From a virus (Duplodnaviria; Caudoviricetes), in IMG/VR virus record IMGVR_UViG_3300017780_003084, positions 26,330-90,329 of that record: a stretch of DNA of 64,000 bases; one strand, written 5' to 3'. Numbering within the stretch: position 1 is the first letter of the stretch; every line of letters starts with the position of its first letter. Both the position numbers and the translations under genes were made by a program. The notes beneath the pieces are model-generated. The model was given only the letters and a program-made list of their open reading frames with translations, was not told the DNA's origin and did not search any database. Shown here piece by piece: positions 61,277-64,000 of this stretch.

Positions 61277-62110
61277 ATGAGCAACCATTTAAGAATAGTT
61301 TATAATAATGCAGCAGACAGGAGTTCAATCACTGCATCTTCAACAGCAGGGAGTTTGGTTGCTTCTAATCTCCTGAAAGAGCGTAAGAGTGATATTTGGA
61401 GAAGTACATCCACAACAGCAACATTGACACTGACATATTCAACTGCAGAGTTTATCGGAATGGTGGCATTCCCGTTCTGCAACCTAACATCTGCGTCAAC
61501 AATACGTGTCAGAACTTACACAAACGTAGCCGATTCTACCCCAATTGTTGATACAGGATATGTTAGTGCTGCTGCATCAACTCCTTTAGGGTTGTGGGAG
61601 TGGGGTAACGTACCGCTAGGAGTCAATGCTTACTCATATGGTGGCGCAGTATATGGCAGAGTTTGGTTTGAAACAAATCCTGTCAAGAAAGTTGTTATTG
61701 ATATTAACGACAGTACAAATACTACTGGGTATATTGAAGCTTCAAGACTTGTGGCAGGGACTTATTTCGCTCCTGAACGTAACGCTGAACTAAATGCTAC
61801 ATGGGAAATTAATGAAACTTCTAAGAGCGAACGTAATGATGCTTCTGACTTAATCACAGATTTAGGTTCAAAGAGTAAGAAGATAGGATTTTCTTTAGAG
61901 CACATGTCCCCTTCTGACAGAAACTCTGTTATGAATATTCTAAAAGGAAATGGTATGTCAAGACCTATCTTTGTTAGTTTATACCCAGAAGATAGTGACT
62001 CCACCATAGAACAATTATACCAAGTATATGGAAAACTACCACAACAATCTTCTGTTGGGATTGCCTATTGGAATACTTATAACACAACACTCACAATAGA
62101 GGAATCATAA
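61277..62110 (+). CDS. Distal tail/tail tip protein
   Basis: YIEASRLVAG and PIFVSLYPE patterns; lies in the tail tip cluster. Confidence 0.6.
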   Translation: MSNHLRIVYNNAADRSSITASSTAGSLVASNLLKERKSDIWRSTSTTATLTLTYSTAEFIGMVAFPFCNLTSASTIRVRTYTNVADSTPIVDTGYVSAAASTPLGLWEWGNVPLGVNAYSYGGAVYGRVWFETNPVKKVVIDINDSTNTTGYIEASRLVAGTYFAPERNAELNATWEINETSKSERNDASDLITDLGSKSKKIGFSLEHMSPSDRNSVMNILKGNGMSRPIFVSLYPEDSDSTIEQLYQVYGKLPQQSSVGIAYWNTYNTTLTIEES

Positions 62111-64000
62111 TGCCAACATTTTATGCAGGACAACCCGATTACATAGTAAAACTGAATGAGCTTGCCGTGAAAGCCACTGTAAGTTTAGTTGGAACCACCA
62201 CAGACAGTCTATCTTTAACAACAGGCACTAAAACATTCATCACAGATACTTTACTACAACTCCACCCGACAAGTCGAGTAAATATTACAAGAACTTCTGA
62301 TGTAACAAAATACATGTCTGGAGTTGTACTCGCTTACGATCAAAACACAGGGGCAATGTCTGTAGATGCTCAAACAGTTAATGGTATTGGAACATTCTCC
62401 GATTGGACTATCACACTATCTGGAGCAGCAGGGGCTGCAGGTGCTGCGGGTATTACTGATAATATTAGTATTGGTACTGTCACATCAGGCACAGCAGCGG
62501 CTAGTATAACAGGAACTAGTCCTAACAAGTATTTGAATTTAACATTACAAGCAGGTGCTAAAGGTGTTAATCCTCGTGGCGCTTGGAGTGCTGTTACAGC
62601 ATACTCTGTTGACGACTTAGCATATGACGCTGGCAGTACATGGAGACGCATTGTAGCAGGAACTACAGGTATAGCTCCCAGTTCAGACACTACTAACTGG
62701 GGGATATTCGCGCAGAAAGGCACAGATGGCGCTGGCGCTGTTGCTAGTGTCACAGCTAGTGCTCCTTTGGCTTCAACAGGAGGTGCAAATCCTAATATCA
62801 CTCTCATACAGTCAAACACCTCTACAGATGGTTATCTATCTTCGATAGATTGGAATACGTTTAATGGTAAGCAAGCAGCTCTAGGCTTCACTCCGATGTC
62901 TGCATCTGAGACAGCAGCAGTATCAAAAACCATGCACAGCGGCACAGTAGTTGCCGCAACTATTTACGACACGTCCAAAGATTCTGATGGGGGAACATGG
63001 CGCAAGCGTTGTCAGCCTACGAGCTGGTATAAAGAGCCAATCAACGGTTTGTGGCTTGGTCAAGCTGCAACAGCGGCTGCGGCATGGGCTATGACTGGTG
63101 CGGTTACTGGCTCTTACTTTCAGAACTCCACTGATGGTAAGTTCTATGTTTTAGGTGCTTCTAGTCCTGCTGTGACAGAAACCTTCCGAGGCAACACAAG
63201 AGAGTTTCCAGCAGTTGTGGAGATCGTTGTGGAATCAGATGAGGTTGTAATTTATGATGCAACTAAGGCTGATTGTCCGATGTGGATAGTGTTTAAGCAG
63301 GGGGCGGCAGACTGGCTAAGTAGCCAAGCATTAGGCTGGGGTGCATCCTTATCGTCGGTAGCTGCACTTAACGGAATTATATGCGTAGGCAGCGCTATGT
63401 CTGATGGTGGAATCACACGAATTAATTTCGCAGCAGATGTAGCTATTAAACAGATACCTAATACATCTTATGGTGGTAAATACAAAGGTAACTTAGTACA
63501 GAGAAATAACTCTCTAGGCTACAACAATAATAGTCCTACGGGCTACTCAGGGATAGTCAGCGGCATAGTCAACTCCGTTGCCGTAACAGTTCTAGCTGGC
63601 GCACCGATTGACGCGGCTACTGGCTTGCCAGTCCCAACTGTAGCAGTAGCTACGGATGGTGGCGTAAGTGTCATCAAACACGATGGGACAGTAGTAAGCA
63701 GCGCATACACTACCACATCATCAACCGTATCATTTTCAAAAAAGGGACGGTTAGTAGTCGGTAGAAAAACGGCATCAACGAATCAAATTCACGTAATACC
63801 AGAGGGCTATACATCAATTTCTACAAGCTATGACCCTTCCAGCACTCCGGCTATTTTACCAGCGGTATCGAATGCTTACGCAGGGGGGATATTTCTTAGT
63901 GATTCAATTGCGACCATGTACCCGACTGGTATTTCAATTATCAAGGAAAATCAAGCATCTCAAGCGGCGGGAATGGTCGCGCACATCACAAAAGACTATA
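62110..64000 (+). CDS. Tail fibre/receptor-binding protein, 3'-truncated by window edge
   Basis: Not in ORF track; ATG at 62110 overlaps the upstream TAA; the stretches I translated read in frame, with short Gly-X-Y runs, RGAWSAVTAYSVDD, and YDTSKDSDGGTWRKRC...SWY fibre motifs. Confidence 0.85.
   Translation, partial: MPTFYAGQPDYIVKLNELAVKATVSLVGTTTDSLSLTTGTKTFITDTLLQLHPTSRVNITRTSDVTKYMSGVVLAYDQNTGAMSVDAQTVNGIGTFSDWTITLSGAAGAAGAAGITDNISIGTVTSGTAAASITGTSPNKYLNLTLQAGAKGVNPRGAWSAVTAYSVDDLAYDAGSTWRRIVAGTTGIAPSSDTTNWGIFAQKGTDGAGAVASVTASAPLASTGGANPNITLIQSNTSTDGYLSSIDWNTFNGKQAALGFTPMSASETAAVSKTMHSGTVVAATIYDTSKDSDGGTWRKRCQPTSWYKEPINGLWLGQAATAAAAWAMTGAVTGSYFQNSTDGKFYVLGASSPAVTETFRGNTREFPAVVEIVVESDEVVIYDATKADCPMWIVFKQGAADWLSSQALGWGASLSSVAALNGIICVGSAMSDGGITRINFAADVAIKQIPNTSYGGKYKGNLVQRNNSLGYNNNSPTGYSGIVSGIVNSVAVTVLAGAPIDAATGLPVPTVAVATDGGVSVIKHDGTVVSSAYTTTSSTVSFSKKGRLVVGRKTASTNQIHVIPEGYTSISTSYDPSSTPAILPAVSNAYAGGIFLSDSIATMYPTGISIIKENQASQAAGMVAHITKDY

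Noticed and set aside
11-62819. Numerous short ORFs antisense to or nested in long genes (e.g. 11-415, 817-1032, 10082-10390, 32144-32428, 55714-56247, 62370-62819)
   Set aside because: Shadow frames of real genes on the opposite strand, without SD sites or recognisable motifs.
1-64000. Intact tRNA genes, CRISPR arrays, reverse transcriptase/DGR, integrase or repressor, tail sheath
   Set aside because: No complete cloverleaf, repeat-spacer array or diagnostic protein motif was found by eye.

Overview
The window is a 64-kb segment of a tailed dsDNA phage genome (about 37-40% GC by eye; SD AGGAG/AGGA; host-type sigma70 promoters throughout). The layout is as follows. (i) 1-12.5 kb: leftward replication/metabolism cluster with primase-helicase (runs off the left end), ATP-dependent ligase, ThyX, HAD phosphatase, SleB-like hydrolase, serine recombinase and many small ORFs. 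(ii) 12.9-15.2 kb: short rightward block including an SGNH lipoprotein. (iii) 15.3-21.2 kb: early-type island with its own 18-bp-spacer promoter class, duplicated mini-ORFs and a cluster of three perfect DnaA boxes; it may be the long terminal repeat. (iv) 21.5-33.3 kb: leftward block with homing endonuclease, DNA methyltransferase plus orphan second C-terminus, NADAR, ClpP-like and PhoH-like genes. (v) 33.6-64 kb: rightward virion cluster with accessory fibre genes, terS, HNH-AP2 endonuclease, terL split by two ORF-less group I introns, portal, S49 protease, scaffold, decoration, major capsid, neck, siphovirus tail tube, frameshifted chaperone, 1659-aa tape measure, tail tip and a tail fibre that runs off the right end. 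The most unusual element is a ~560-nt highly base-paired non-coding region between terS and the HNH gene that displays repeated CUCCU (anti-Shine-Dalgarno-like) motifs in single-stranded loops. All product calls come from motif recognition by eye; no database search was run.
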